DNA from: Dehalococcoidales bacterium
GTDB taxonomy: Bacteria; Chloroflexota; Dehalococcoidia; Dehalococcoidales; RBG-16-60-22
Direction: 5' to 3'
DNA length: 64,000 bases
Assembly: GCA_050018395.1 (NCBI GenBank)
Contig: JBEKAC010000004.1
Span: 4,856-68,855, forward strand
The translations under genes and the position numbers were made by a program. The notes beneath the pieces were generated by a model that ran no database searches, was not told the origin of the DNA, and saw only the letters and a list, made by a program, of their open reading frames with translations. Shown in pieces: positions 24,594 through 35,842 of this stretch. Numbering within the stretch: the first letter of the stretch is position 1; each line of letters begins with the position of its first letter.

Positions 24594-25055
24594 CTAGAAA
24601 TACATTTTGCTCGGCCCGGTCGTGTAGTGGAAGACCGGTTTATCCACTTGTAAGAAGACTAACGGACAGTGCTTTAGCCCCGCCGGGATAAAAACCAGGC
24701 TGGTTTTGGTGATGATATGCTTCTCGTCGCCCAGCCATAGCTCCACTACGGCGCCCAGGTCATGAGGGTCGTCATGGTCGGTCCCGAAAAAGGCAATCAC
24801 TTCATCGTATTCGTGGGCATGTGAACCGGGCCCCCGCTTTTTAGCAGCCTCGATTTCTGCTTCGGAAAGACGCGGACGGGGCATCACCCAGACGCATTCC
24901 GTGTAGAAAGCGCCCGGGACAACTTGGCTGTCCAGATAAAGGACGCGGCCGCCTTTGTTTTTACCGGCGGCGGAAACGGGCGGGTTCCAGTCCGGTTCCT
25001 CGGTAGGCTGTATTAATTTGTTGACGATGTATTTTCCGTATTTAGTTTCGGGCAT
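24594..25055 (-). CDS. Cupin-like protein, paralog A
   Basis: 153 aa with GSHAHEYDEVIAFFG and FIPAGLKHCPL...DKPVFHY. Confidence 0.6.
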   Translation of the reverse strand: MPETKYGKYIVNKLIQPTEEPDWNPPVSAAGKNKGGRVLYLDSQVVPGAFYTECVWVMPRPRLSEAEIEAAKKRGPGSHAHEYDEVIAFFGTDHDDPHDLGAVVELWLGDEKHIITKTSLVFIPAGLKHCPLVFLQVDKPVFHYTTGPSKMYF

Positions 25056-25127
25056 GATAGCATCCTCCTTTAAAAAGCGGAAAAGATAAAGAGCCCCGCA
25101 AGCGCCGGGGTTCCCGCTAAATACTGA

Positions 25128-25568
25128 CTAGACGTATTTCTTCGTTAAACCTTTGCCGCAGGGGAATTCGATGGTGAAAAAGATGGGCTTTGTAATATTG
25201 CGGAAAATCATCGGCCCAACTTCCAGATTGGCCGGGATGAACATGGCCCCGCTCTTTTTCACGAGGTGCTTCTCCCCGCCGATAGAGATTTCCATTTCCG
25301 CGCAGAGGTCGCGGATATTATCGTAGTTGAAGGCGTAAAACCCGAAGAAGCGGTCGTAGTGCTGGGTGTTGGCGTCCATGATTTTCAGCTCTTTGGGGCC
25401 GCCGGGCATGAGCCACATGTTCTCGCAGCCGAACTCCGCGCCTTTAACCGTGTCCTGGTCGATATAGGCCAGGCGTTTGGTCGTCCTGGCGTTGGGGTGC
25501 ATGTAGGCCGGGTATTTGTAGCCGGTTTTATCCTGGGTCACGAACATTTTTTCATATTTCTTCGCCAT
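25128..25568 (-). CDS. Cupin-like protein, paralog B (metal ligands degenerate)
   Basis: 146 aa. TQHYDRFFGFYAF and FIPANLEVGPM...TKPIFF show that the His ligands are replaced. Confidence 0.55.
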   Translation of the reverse strand: MAKKYEKMFVTQDKTGYKYPAYMHPNARTTKRLAYIDQDTVKGAEFGCENMWLMPGGPKELKIMDANTQHYDRFFGFYAFNYDNIRDLCAEMEISIGGEKHLVKKSGAMFIPANLEVGPMIFRNITKPIFFTIEFPCGKGLTKKYV

Positions 25569-25604
25569 TAGCGTTTCCTTTCTCTCGTCCGCGTGGTTCC
25601 GGCG

Positions 25605-26126
25605 CTAGACGTAACTGCCGCCAGGGCCGATGGTATAGTGGAAGAACGGTTTATCCATGCGGTGGACTCTCAGCGGGCAGTGGGTGACGTTAGCGGGGAT
25701 ATAAACCACGAAGCTCTTGGTAAAGAGATATTTCTCGTCACCGAGCCAGAACTCGACCTCCCCGTTGAGCTCTTCCGGATGGTCAAAGTCCGTCCCGAAG
25801 AAAGAGAGCAACTCCGGGAAGGGGTGAGAGTGCGCCGGTACGCCCTGGCCGCCCGGCCTTTTTTTAGCTTCTTCGATTTGTTCCGGGGTGAGCACCGGGC
25901 GCGGCCGCTGGTTGGGGAAAGTATTGGGCCACTGCCATACCATCTCCGAGTAGAAAGCGCCGGGAACCACGTTGGCGTCCGTCCAGACGACGTGCTCCAG
26001 ACCGCGGTGGTAGCCTTCCCATAAGCCGTCGCCGATCATGTCCTTTTCCCAGGCGCGGTAGGGGGGGAGGGGCACGTTAGGCAGCAGCTCCGTGCAGATT
26101 AAGTGACCGTACTTTGATTTTGCCAT
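25605..26126 (-). CDS. Cupin-like protein, paralog C
   Basis: 173 aa with PAHSHPFPELLSFFG and YIPANVTHCPL...DKPFFHY. Confidence 0.6.
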   Translation of the reverse strand: MAKSKYGHLICTELLPNVPLPPYRAWEKDMIGDGLWEGYHRGLEHVVWTDANVVPGAFYSEMVWQWPNTFPNQRPRPVLTPEQIEEAKKRPGGQGVPAHSHPFPELLSFFGTDFDHPEELNGEVEFWLGDEKYLFTKSFVVYIPANVTHCPLRVHRMDKPFFHYTIGPGGSYV

Positions 26127-26193
26127 GCTTTTTCCTTTCTTTTGTAGATGACAGCTTTACTATGGTGAATCTTTAGCTTTGGTATCGACTGAT

Positions 26194-26222
26194 TTTATAA
26201 TCCTTTTCAAGGCAAAGTCAAT
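26194..26222 (-). promoter_or_regulatory. Promoter TTGACT-17-TATAAA for the cupin trio
   Basis: Minus-strand hexamers in an AT-rich gap upstream of 26126. Confidence 0.4.
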
Positions 26223-26244
26223 TTTATATATCTAAAAAAAGAAA

Positions 26245-27279
26245 TCAAATAAGGAGTCGTCTTAAGGGTCCGACGTTATTCTCATAGAATACCGTTAGTG
26301 TGCCTTCTTCGGGGATAGTATCTATCAAAAAACCGTTGCGGTAAAGCTCGGCGGCGGTTGTCCTCCGGATATACCGCCAGAAATGCAAAATCATATTAGC
26401 CGGCGGTACGCCGTTTCGGCCGCCGCTCGTAGCGATAAGCAATTTATTGATGTCGTCCATCTTTTCCCCGTAATAAGCAGTCACCGCTTCTGTAATGAGA
26501 TTAACGGAATTTTCATATTTCTGAAAAATGTCATTCGTGATGACCACTGTCCGCCATCTGCTATGCTTATACAGATTGGCCGTTTGCGCCGAACGTAAGA
26601 GTGCCTGGTTCTGGATTTCACCGGTTATCAGCTTAGCGTAGGCATCTACCAGGAATTTATTGAGGTCTTCACGGTAGCGCCGGCTTAAATCAGTAGAGTT
26701 CATATCAAAAGTAAAGGTTTTAAAGGCCTGTCCGATCGGCCCGATGAATACGGCTGTGTACCGTTCTCCCTGGATTACGGATTTATTAAGATAATCCGGG
26801 CTCATAGAACTATAGGCAGGACAAATTTCATCAAAGTCCGTCTTGCTGCGAGCATATTTACCCGTATAGTGTTTCCAGTCCACGCCGATGTTTTCTTTTG
26901 CGATGACACTGCCCATGCCCTGTCCCACGCCGATGACCCCGCCGAGAAAGCTGGTAATTTCCGGGGATGCCTGATGCAAGCCGCCCCCGCAATCGAGGAT
27001 TTTGCAGCTTAATTCTTGCGCGAGGGGTGTCACGGTTTCCAGTATCATCTTAATGTCTTTTTCCAGGAATACAGTGGTATCCAACATCACGAGCTGGCCT
27101 TTTTCTTTAAAGATATGCATGGCAAGGAGTTCTGTTAAGACATCCGGAGGTATTGTCTCTCGGTTTTTCGGCGACACGGCAACACCGGCAATGATGTCCA
27201 GCACGCGGTCATTCAGATATGCCTCTATTTTGTCGGTTATTTCCCCGGAATAGCTGGCTATAGTAGGTTTTAGCTTCAT
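26245..27279 (-). CDS. Hypothetical protein
   Basis: 344 aa with no motif I recognise. 4-nt overlap with the upstream methyltransferase gene. Confidence 0.6.
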   Translation of the reverse strand: MKLKPTIASYSGEITDKIEAYLNDRVLDIIAGVAVSPKNRETIPPDVLTELLAMHIFKEKGQLVMLDTTVFLEKDIKMILETVTPLAQELSCKILDCGGGLHQASPEITSFLGGVIGVGQGMGSVIAKENIGVDWKHYTGKYARSKTDFDEICPAYSSMSPDYLNKSVIQGERYTAVFIGPIGQAFKTFTFDMNSTDLSRRYREDLNKFLVDAYAKLITGEIQNQALLRSAQTANLYKHSRWRTVVITNDIFQKYENSVNLITEAVTAYYGEKMDDINKLLIATSGGRNGVPPANMILHFWRYIRRTTAAELYRNGFLIDTIPEEGTLTVFYENNVGPLRRLLI

Positions 27280-28100
27280 GATTTTTCTCTCGACGTTTTT
27301 ACTTTGACGGCTTTCAAAGAAAACACTAGCGGCAACTTGTCCCCTTCTAGGTGCCAGAAGCCGTCCTTGCCCCGGGTCATGAAGGGAAACACTTTGTAGA
27401 AAATAGCAGTATGCTCATGCAAGAACTCGATTTTCAACCCCGCTCCGATTAAACCGTTGATGATATCGCCCAGGCTGTGCGTCCACTCGTAAGAGCCGTA
27501 GGACGTAATGGCGGCGGGGTCGGCGTAATCGCTATCCGGTTCCCACCTGGTGGGTGCCGTACGGTGAAAATATGAGTTAGCCACATTCAATTGTGTTGCG
27601 GTTTTTGAGTTATCAAAGACCATCATAAAAGGGTGTCCTTCCATGATATAAAAGAACCCGCCCGGCTTAAGAAAATGCGCGATGATTTTCCCCCATTTGT
27701 TCAGGTCCGGTAGCCAGCAAAGGACGCCCCCGGACGTGTAGACGATATCGTATTTATTCTGGTGAGTTTCCTGCAGCTCGTAGATGTCCGAGCAGATAAA
27801 TTCACCCTTGATCCCGGTCTCTTTACTTAGCTTCCGCGCCAGGCTGATCGCATCTTCGGAGAAGTCAACTCCGGTGACTTTAGCCCCCCGCCTCCCCCAG
27901 GTAAGGGTGTCCATCCCGAAGTGGCACTGCAGGTGCAGCAGGGATTTGCCGCGCACATCGCCGACTTCATCTAATTCAAAAGGCATGAGCATCATTTTCT
28001 TTCCCGCTTTAAAGCCGGCGACATCGTAAAAAGCCGATTTTTCGTGGATAGGTATCGACTCGTTCCAGGCGGCTTTATTATATTCCAGATATTTGTCCAT
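27276..28100 (-). CDS. Class I SAM-dependent methyltransferase
   Basis: 274 aa. LLHLQCHFGMDTL...GAKVTGVDFSEDAI matches motif I plus the post-I acidic residue. Confidence 0.8.
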   Translation of the reverse strand: MDKYLEYNKAAWNESIPIHEKSAFYDVAGFKAGKKMMLMPFELDEVGDVRGKSLLHLQCHFGMDTLTWGRRGAKVTGVDFSEDAISLARKLSKETGIKGEFICSDIYELQETHQNKYDIVYTSGGVLCWLPDLNKWGKIIAHFLKPGGFFYIMEGHPFMMVFDNSKTATQLNVANSYFHRTAPTRWEPDSDYADPAAITSYGSYEWTHSLGDIINGLIGAGLKIEFLHEHTAIFYKVFPFMTRGKDGFWHLEGDKLPLVFSLKAVKVKTSREKS

Positions 28101-28114
28101 TAGAGCACTCCATT

Positions 28115-28858
28115 TTATAAACTCTCCACCTTAGGCGTGGCTTGAGAGTAGATAATACAATGGTTTCTCTCCATGATAAACCGGTCCACTTTAAAGCCGG
28201 CCTGTTCCAGTTCCCGGCGGTATCCGTTTTCATTATTGAAGCGGGCCGGTATCCCGGGCAGCTTTATCTGGCGCTGCTCACCATCGGTATAGGCCGCATA
28301 GTCGTGCAGTTTCATATTATTTCCCACGCTTTTTTCCAAAAAGTCCTCGAAGCTGGCTATTTTAGCTTTGAATTCTTCCGGCTGCGTTAATTCCCGGAAA
28401 AAGGCTTTCCCGCCGCTTTTCAGGATACGTTTAACCTGCGCCAGGTACTTTTTCCGGTGCTCGTCCGTGACCAGCATGTGTAAACACTGGTTATCGATTG
28501 CCGCGTCGTAAGTGCTATCCTGGATATCTTTTAAGTTGGTGACATCGGCCGTCAGGAAAACATTCCCCCCCTTTTCCCCTGTCCTTTTCCGGGCTTGCCG
28601 GATGGCGGAAGCGGAGACATCCACACCCAAATATCGGTAGCCCCGCCCTAGCAGATATTCCGCCAGGTGCCCCTGTCCGCTCCCGAATTCTATCATTGCC
28701 GTTTTTTCCTGAATACATTTAGCGTATTTCAGGAAGTCATCCACGCTGTTGATGATACGCGTCATTTCGTCAGGGTCTGCAATCCAGTCCTCTATACCCT
28801 GCTCGTGTAAAAGCCGATAGCGGTCCTCGTAAAGACGGAAATACCCCTTATCATTCAT
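28115..28858 (-). CDS. Class I SAM-dependent methyltransferase
   Basis: Start moved to ATG 28858 (MNDKGYFRLYEDRY). MIEFGSGQGHLAEYL...YLGVDVSASAI. The track's N-terminal extension is an R/K/P-rich overlap artefact. Confidence 0.75.
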   Translation of the reverse strand: MNDKGYFRLYEDRYRLLHEQGIEDWIADPDEMTRIINSVDDFLKYAKCIQEKTAMIEFGSGQGHLAEYLLGRGYRYLGVDVSASAIRQARKRTGEKGGNVFLTADVTNLKDIQDSTYDAAIDNQCLHMLVTDEHRKKYLAQVKRILKSGGKAFFRELTQPEEFKAKIASFEDFLEKSVGNNMKLHDYAAYTDGEQRQIKLPGIPARFNNENGYRRELEQAGFKVDRFIMERNHCIIYSQATPKVESL

Positions 28859-28892
28859 AGCAAAATATTTTTCCAGCCGGCGTAAGTGAAAG

Positions 28893-29798
28893 CTACCATT
28901 CCACCACCGGCAGCCGGCTGGAAAGTTTGGTGTCCTTGAATTTGGCTTTCCAGTTCCCCGCCGGGCAGTAGGCCAGGCATTTGCCGCATTTCCAGGTGGG
29001 TGAGGACTGCAGCCCTTCGGGGGGCGTCTTTTTCGTCGCTTCGTTGATTTCCTGCGCCGTGGCGTCGAGTGAGGTGACCAGGTCTTCGCGCCCACCGGTC
29101 TTTTTCATCAGCGCGTGCGCGGCAATGCGGCACCGGTTCATATTTACGTGGCAGTAGTTGTAGATTTTATCGCCCTTTTCATAATTATAGGTCACGCTCC
29201 GCGCCGCCTTTTCCCCGTATTTGCTTAACGCGCCGGTAGGGCAGACGGTCGTGCAGATATTGCACTTGGCCGGGTTGCAGAGGCCCGCGCCGTCGTACAT
29301 CGGGTCGGGTTTAAGCTCCGCCGTTGTTAAAACCGCCCCGAACCGGTTCCTCGGCCCGAACTGCGGCGTGAGCACGATGCTCATCCAGCCGAACTCTCCC
29401 AGCCCCGCCGCCACCGCCGCATGCCGTTGGCTGATAGACATGCCGGTCATCAGCGGTCCCACCTGCGTCGGGGTGGCAATCGCGCCGGTAGTGCGCTCAA
29501 TGTACTGGGCAATATCATATACCGCAAAGAGCAAGTGGAAGTTGGGCGCCATCGTGTAGCCGTAGGTGCCGTAGATGCCCTGCGCCATGGGGTTGCCGTC
29601 TTCGAAGTTACGGAAAATAGACTGGATAGCGCCGTCGGTTAAGCGTACGCCCACGGAGACGATGGATTTGCACCCCGGTAAAAAATCGGTGGGGTGGGTG
29701 CCTTTGGGGGCGCCTTCGAACCTGGAAACAGGCGCGATGCCGCACAGGTCCATGCCTATCTTCAGTGCATGTTCTTTAATCGATTGTTCAATAGCCAT
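28893..29798 (-). CDS. QueG/RdhA-superfamily 4Fe-4S protein (epoxyqueuosine-reductase-like)
   Basis: Start ATG 29798 follows AGGAGA. N-terminus MAIEQSIKEHALKIGMDLCGIAP. Cys clusters CNPAKCNICTTVCP and CGKCLAYCP. No Tat signal. Confidence 0.55.
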   Translation of the reverse strand: MAIEQSIKEHALKIGMDLCGIAPVSRFEGAPKGTHPTDFLPGCKSIVSVGVRLTDGAIQSIFRNFEDGNPMAQGIYGTYGYTMAPNFHLLFAVYDIAQYIERTTGAIATPTQVGPLMTGMSISQRHAAVAAGLGEFGWMSIVLTPQFGPRNRFGAVLTTAELKPDPMYDGAGLCNPAKCNICTTVCPTGALSKYGEKAARSVTYNYEKGDKIYNYCHVNMNRCRIAAHALMKKTGGREDLVTSLDATAQEINEATKKTPPEGLQSSPTWKCGKCLAYCPAGNWKAKFKDTKLSSRLPVVEW

Positions 29799-29871
29799 GG
29801 TGCTTCTCCTTAAAAAAGTGATTAAGATTGCCGGACGGGGGCTGTTTTGAATTGAAGGGCGCGGATAATGG

Positions 29872-31392
<1,521 letters not shown>

Positions 31393-31527
31393 GTGACATA
31401 TTGTAGCGCAAAGCCATGCCGATTGGCAAAGTGTTTTGCCTATTGTTCCATCACCTCTCCAATAAACTATAACTTTACCTGGAGAAAGTATTATAATGGG
31501 TCAAAATTATAATGATGGAGGTTATCC

Positions 31528-32502
31528 ATGGAAGGTGTAAAACCCGCAAATGTTCAAAAAAGACGTTTGGGTAAAACTGACCTAGAGGTAACGCCTATAG
31601 GGCTGGGCTGCTGGCAGTTTGCCGGTGGTGGCCCTTCCGGGGCTGTCTGGAAATCGCCGCCGCAGGAAGAGATTAATGATATTGTTAAAGCAACACTCGA
31701 TGGCGGGGTCAACTGGTTCGATACCGCCGAATTGTACGGGGGAGGGCGTTCCGAGCGGGCGTTAGCCACGGCACTTTGTAAAGCCGGCATGGAAAAAGAG
31801 GCCATTATCGCCACTAAATGGAGGCCGTTTATGCGGACCGCCGGTAACATTCCGCGTACCATCGATAAACGCATAACGTGTCTGGCTCCCTGTAAAATTG
31901 ATCTTTACCAGATTCACCTGCCCCTTTCCTTTTCCTCGGTTGAAGCACAGATGGATGCCATGGCCGGGTTGGTTAAAGAGGGGAAAGTACGCTATATCGG
32001 CGTGAGCAACTTTTCCGCTGCACAAATGCGCCGCGCCCAGGCCGCTTTGGCCAAACACGGTCTGCCACTGGCGTCTAACCAGATAAGGTTCAACCTGCTG
32101 GACCGCGAGATGGAAAGAAAGGGCGTGCTGGCCGCCGCCAAAGAGCTCGATGTTTCGCTGATAGCCTATAGCCCGCTCGCCCAGGGGCTACTGACTGGAA
32201 AGTACCATAAAAATCCTGAAAGCATGAAAAATATCCCGTTTTTTAGAAGAATGGTATTGAAGAGGCTGATTGAAAAGACCCGTAAGTTAATCCAGGTCCT
32301 GGACGAAATCGCCGCGGCACATAACTGCACGCCCTCGGAGGTAGCTTTAAGCTGGGAGGTGAACTTCCACGGGGATACTATTGTGGCGATACCGGGTGCC
32401 ACCAAGCTGGAGCACGTCCGTCAGAACGTCGGCGCGCTGACTTTAAAACTGACGCCGCAGGAAATGGCCAGGCTGGACGAAGAATCGCGCAAAATCAAGT
32501 AG
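31528..32502 (+). CDS. Aldo/keto reductase
   Basis: 324 aa with GLGCWQF, FDTAELYG and DLYQIH. Confidence 0.85.
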   Translation: MEGVKPANVQKRRLGKTDLEVTPIGLGCWQFAGGGPSGAVWKSPPQEEINDIVKATLDGGVNWFDTAELYGGGRSERALATALCKAGMEKEAIIATKWRPFMRTAGNIPRTIDKRITCLAPCKIDLYQIHLPLSFSSVEAQMDAMAGLVKEGKVRYIGVSNFSAAQMRRAQAALAKHGLPLASNQIRFNLLDREMERKGVLAAAKELDVSLIAYSPLAQGLLTGKYHKNPESMKNIPFFRRMVLKRLIEKTRKLIQVLDEIAAAHNCTPSEVALSWEVNFHGDTIVAIPGATKLEHVRQNVGALTLKLTPQEMARLDEESRKIK

Positions 32503-32535
32503 CCGCCCTTTTACCCCCCGCCCAGCGGTAAGTGA

Positions 32536-33450
32536 CTAGCCCTTTGCCAGCACCTTCCTGATTTCCATAGCGTAGGCCTCGCTGTCTTTATCGCCGGTGA
32601 TAATTTCTATATCTTTAGCGGACTTTATGCCCAGCCCCAGCTCCGCCGCCCTTTTTATCTGGTCCTGCTCGAAGATTTTGCCTTTGCTCACTTCCGGTGT
32701 CGTGCCCAGCGAGCGTAAAATCGCCACCCCCACCGCGTCGATAGCCACCCGGTCGGTCCCGGCCAGCATCACGTTGGCGCTAACGCGCTTGCCCACGTGC
32801 GGGCCCCCCTCCACAAAAGCCTCCACTCCGTCCAACACAATCAGGTCGGGGGAAAAGGCGGTGTTGATTTCGGCAATAAGCTGGCGCTGGTGCGGCGAGC
32901 TGTGCAGCTCATTCATGTAAGGATAACCCCCCGGCCCGGACGGCCCCAGCCCCGGCGGCACCATGCCCACGGCGCATTTGAGGGAGAGTGTAAAATGACC
33001 GCCGAACTGGTGAGTCTTAAGGCAGCAGGTCACCACGATGGATTCCGCTTCCCGGTATATCTTCGGGAAGAGGAAACCGTCTTTCCAGTGGCTGTCCTTG
33101 GGCTTGACCAGCACCCAGCCGTCTTTGGGCATCGCCTGCAAGTCAAGGATATCGAAGCCAAGCTCCTGCGCCATCTTGAAGATACCCTTTTTCTCCATGT
33201 TGTCGTGAGTGCTCGGTCCGGGCCCGCTGCGTTCCGCCACGGTGATTTTCTTCGCGCCCATTTCTTTTAGCCGTGAGATAAGAGTATAAAGGGTATCATA
33301 GTCGGTGGAGCCGGGGGCGGGGTCCGCGGTATTAAAGTTCGGCTTGAGGACTACGGCTTTGCCCTTCACGGGATTTATCTTTAGCAGGTCAATGGCCTGG
33401 CGCGTGCCGGTTTTCCTATCCGTCGTCTTCGCGAGGCTGATTTTCGTCAT
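32536..33450 (-). CDS. DUF362 domain protein
   Basis: 304 aa. KAVVLKPNFNTADPAPGSTD is typical of DUF362. Confidence 0.55.
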   Translation of the reverse strand: MTKISLAKTTDRKTGTRQAIDLLKINPVKGKAVVLKPNFNTADPAPGSTDYDTLYTLISRLKEMGAKKITVAERSGPGPSTHDNMEKKGIFKMAQELGFDILDLQAMPKDGWVLVKPKDSHWKDGFLFPKIYREAESIVVTCCLKTHQFGGHFTLSLKCAVGMVPPGLGPSGPGGYPYMNELHSSPHQRQLIAEINTAFSPDLIVLDGVEAFVEGGPHVGKRVSANVMLAGTDRVAIDAVGVAILRSLGTTPEVSKGKIFEQDQIKRAAELGLGIKSAKDIEIITGDKDSEAYAMEIRKVLAKG

Positions 33451-33473
33451 CGCAGTCTCCCTTTTGCTTAAAA

Positions 33474-34223
33474 TTATTTAATGCGCTTCTGAATTTTAGC
33501 CCAGGACGGCGTGATGAGGAAGCTTTCCTCCATGTTGTCCACCATCCGGGCGAACTTGGACATGGGCGCGGCGAAGGTCAAAACATCTTTGGGGACGAAG
33601 GGGCGTGCCGAAACATCGAAAAGCCCGATGACCGCCCGGGGATGTTCGTTTTTTACCTCCATAAATGGGTACTGCACGATAGACGCGCAGCCGGAACCGA
33701 ATGGGGCGATGACCATGTTCTGCTCCGCTTCATCGAAGCTGGCCAGCGTAAAAAGGCCGGATAAAACGTCCGGTTGAGCGTAGAAGACAACGACGTCCGG
33801 TGTATCGGCTTTTTCCAGTTTGTCCCAGCGCTTAAAGATGATAAATTTGCCGGGCGCTTTCATGACGGGGGCGTGCTTTTTCATGTACTCCTGCACCATT
33901 TCCGGCGACTTTTTATAGCGCTCGCCCTCCAATTTGCCGGGGATGCCGCACGATAGGAAATACTCGAAGTTAGGCATGAGGTTCTCCGCGAACCCGAGGT
34001 ATCTTTTACCGCCGGGACAGCCCACTGCGTCCACGTCGAAAGCGAAAGACTCCCCCGCTTGCACCTTGACCAATGCCCCCATGATACAGCGCGTCCCCTC
34101 CCCCGGCTTAACGGCATCCGCGATACCGGTGCTGTCCGCGTAATAAAAGGTAATCGGCAGGGGAGCCGCATTGAAAAATTGCTTCCAGAGCTTAAGGAAT
34201 TTCGCTTTAAAAGTCAGGTCCAT
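33474..34223 (-). CDS. DUF169-like protein
   Basis: 249 aa with a CPGGKRYLGF pattern. Confidence 0.45.
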   Translation of the reverse strand: MDLTFKAKFLKLWKQFFNAAPLPITFYYADSTGIADAVKPGEGTRCIMGALVKVQAGESFAFDVDAVGCPGGKRYLGFAENLMPNFEYFLSCGIPGKLEGERYKKSPEMVQEYMKKHAPVMKAPGKFIIFKRWDKLEKADTPDVVVFYAQPDVLSGLFTLASFDEAEQNMVIAPFGSGCASIVQYPFMEVKNEHPRAVIGLFDVSARPFVPKDVLTFAAPMSKFARMVDNMEESFLITPSWAKIQKRIK

Positions 34224-34365
34224 GTCAGATACCTCCCTTTTTTAGTTTCGGGCTATAACAAAAGATGTCGAAAGACTGCTCTTTTATTTTTTCCGCCCGG
34301 TATAAGGCTTTTAAAAAGCCCTGTTTTCCAAGAGATCGTGTATCTTAATAATGGCTGACAAGCTA

Positions 34366-35400
34366 TTAGCTGTTGGCTGCTCTCACCTGCTCGTAAAGGT
34401 TATAGCCTTCTTTGAGCATCTCGCGTATCGGCAGCTTGAAGGGGCAGCGCGCTTCGCACTCGCCGCACTCGGTGCAGTTGACGGCTTTCGCCATGCCGTC
34501 CGGTATCATCGGGCTTTTCAGGTACCAGTCCGGAGGCAGGCGCTTCACGAAGGTTGGAAAGGTCATGACCATGGAGATGGGTATGCCCTGGGCACAGGGC
34601 TGGCAGTAATCGCAGCGGCGGCAGAAGCGGTTGCCGAGCTCCTCCGTCATCTGCTTCATCTGTCTTTTTTCCGCGGCGGTCATTTTAGACGGCTGGCTGT
34701 AAAGCTGGTAGATTTCCTCGATTTCGGGTATTTTTTCAATGCCGGGTATAGCCACGACATCCGGGAACTGGAGGAGGTATTTAAAACAAATAGCGGCATT
34801 GTTCAGCATGCCGCCGGCCAGCGGCTTCATCACGATAAAACCCATGTCCTGCTCGCGGCAGAGGGGGAGTAGCTCTTTGGCCGGCTCGTTGGTGATGAAA
34901 TTGAAGGGGAACATGATGGTCTCGAATTTGCCGGATTTCACCTCCAGCTTGGCGGCGTCCATCTGATGGGAGGTGATGCCGATGTGCCGTATCTTGCCGG
35001 CTTTCCTGGCTTTTTCAAAGACCTTGTACAGCCCGTTCTCCGGCTCGAGGATTCTATCCAGGGTGGCTTTCTCGTTGATGCCGTGGAACTGGTAAATATC
35101 GATATAGTCGGTATCCAGCCGTTTCAGGCTTAAATCGAGGTTTTTCTCGATGATTTCCGGCGTGCCGGGGAAGGTCTTGGTGGCGATAAAAACATCGTGC
35201 CGCCGCCCCTTTACCGCCTTGCCGATGCGCTCCTCGCTGGTGGAGTAGCCGTTGGCGGTATCGAAGTAGTTGATGCCCAGGTCGAGGCATTTGCGGACAA
35301 CGGCCACGGCATCGGCTTCGTTCAAGCGCTGGATAGGTATCCCCCCGAAACCCAGCCGGGTAACTATTAATCCCGTTTTGCCCAGTCTGATCTTTTCCAC
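34366..35400 (-). CDS. Aldo/keto reductase with a C-terminal 4Fe-4S domain
   Basis: 344 aa with GFGGIPIQ, FDTANGY and DIYQFH, followed by CRRCDYCQPC and CTECGECEARCP. Confidence 0.8.
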   Translation of the reverse strand: MEKIRLGKTGLIVTRLGFGGIPIQRLNEADAVAVVRKCLDLGINYFDTANGYSTSEERIGKAVKGRRHDVFIATKTFPGTPEIIEKNLDLSLKRLDTDYIDIYQFHGINEKATLDRILEPENGLYKVFEKARKAGKIRHIGITSHQMDAAKLEVKSGKFETIMFPFNFITNEPAKELLPLCREQDMGFIVMKPLAGGMLNNAAICFKYLLQFPDVVAIPGIEKIPEIEEIYQLYSQPSKMTAAEKRQMKQMTEELGNRFCRRCDYCQPCAQGIPISMVMTFPTFVKRLPPDWYLKSPMIPDGMAKAVNCTECGECEARCPFKLPIREMLKEGYNLYEQVRAANS

Positions 35401-35424
35401 AAAGCCTCCTTTATGACGGAGCGG

Positions 35425-35838
35425 TTATTTTTTTACGGCGAGGCGGGACTTCATTTCCCGGTAAAATTCTTCCGGCTCTTTGCCGATGGAGAGTTGCTCC
35501 ATAGGACACATCTCTTTACCGTCCGGCCGCATAATGTAGGGAACGGTCTCGGTCAAATGATACTTAACGGCGTATTTTTTCAGTGTTTTGATACCCAGCT
35601 CGCTGCCGAGCGGGCTAAAAACCTCGCGGCAGTTGGCCTTGACCGCCAGCAGCGCGGCGGCATTGCCCATGATTTTATCGAAGATAGTGACTGGCGGCTC
35701 CCCCGGTCCGCGAGCGGCAAGGTATTCCATCAGGGGCAGGAGCCGGTCTTTTTTCGAGGAAAAGACGAGCGTATCGTCCCGGTATATCCGCAGCGTGTCA
35801 TCGCCGGCCAGGAAAGCCGCGAAAAATTCCGTGAACAT
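35425..35838 (-). CDS. DUF1893 (TM1506-like) protein
   Basis: 137 aa with DKIMGNAAALL and MCPMEQL. Confidence 0.5.
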   Translation of the reverse strand: MFTEFFAAFLAGDDTLRIYRDDTLVFSSKKDRLLPLMEYLAARGPGEPPVTIFDKIMGNAAALLAVKANCREVFSPLGSELGIKTLKKYAVKYHLTETVPYIMRPDGKEMCPMEQLSIGKEPEEFYREMKSRLAVKK

Positions 35839-35842
35839 CGGT

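Noticed and set aside
28859-29095. N-terminal 79-aa extension of the methyltransferase ORF 28115..29095
   Set aside because: The R/K/P-rich extension overlaps the 3' end of the upstream Fe-S gene. The methyltransferase homology and a sensible start begin at ATG 28858.
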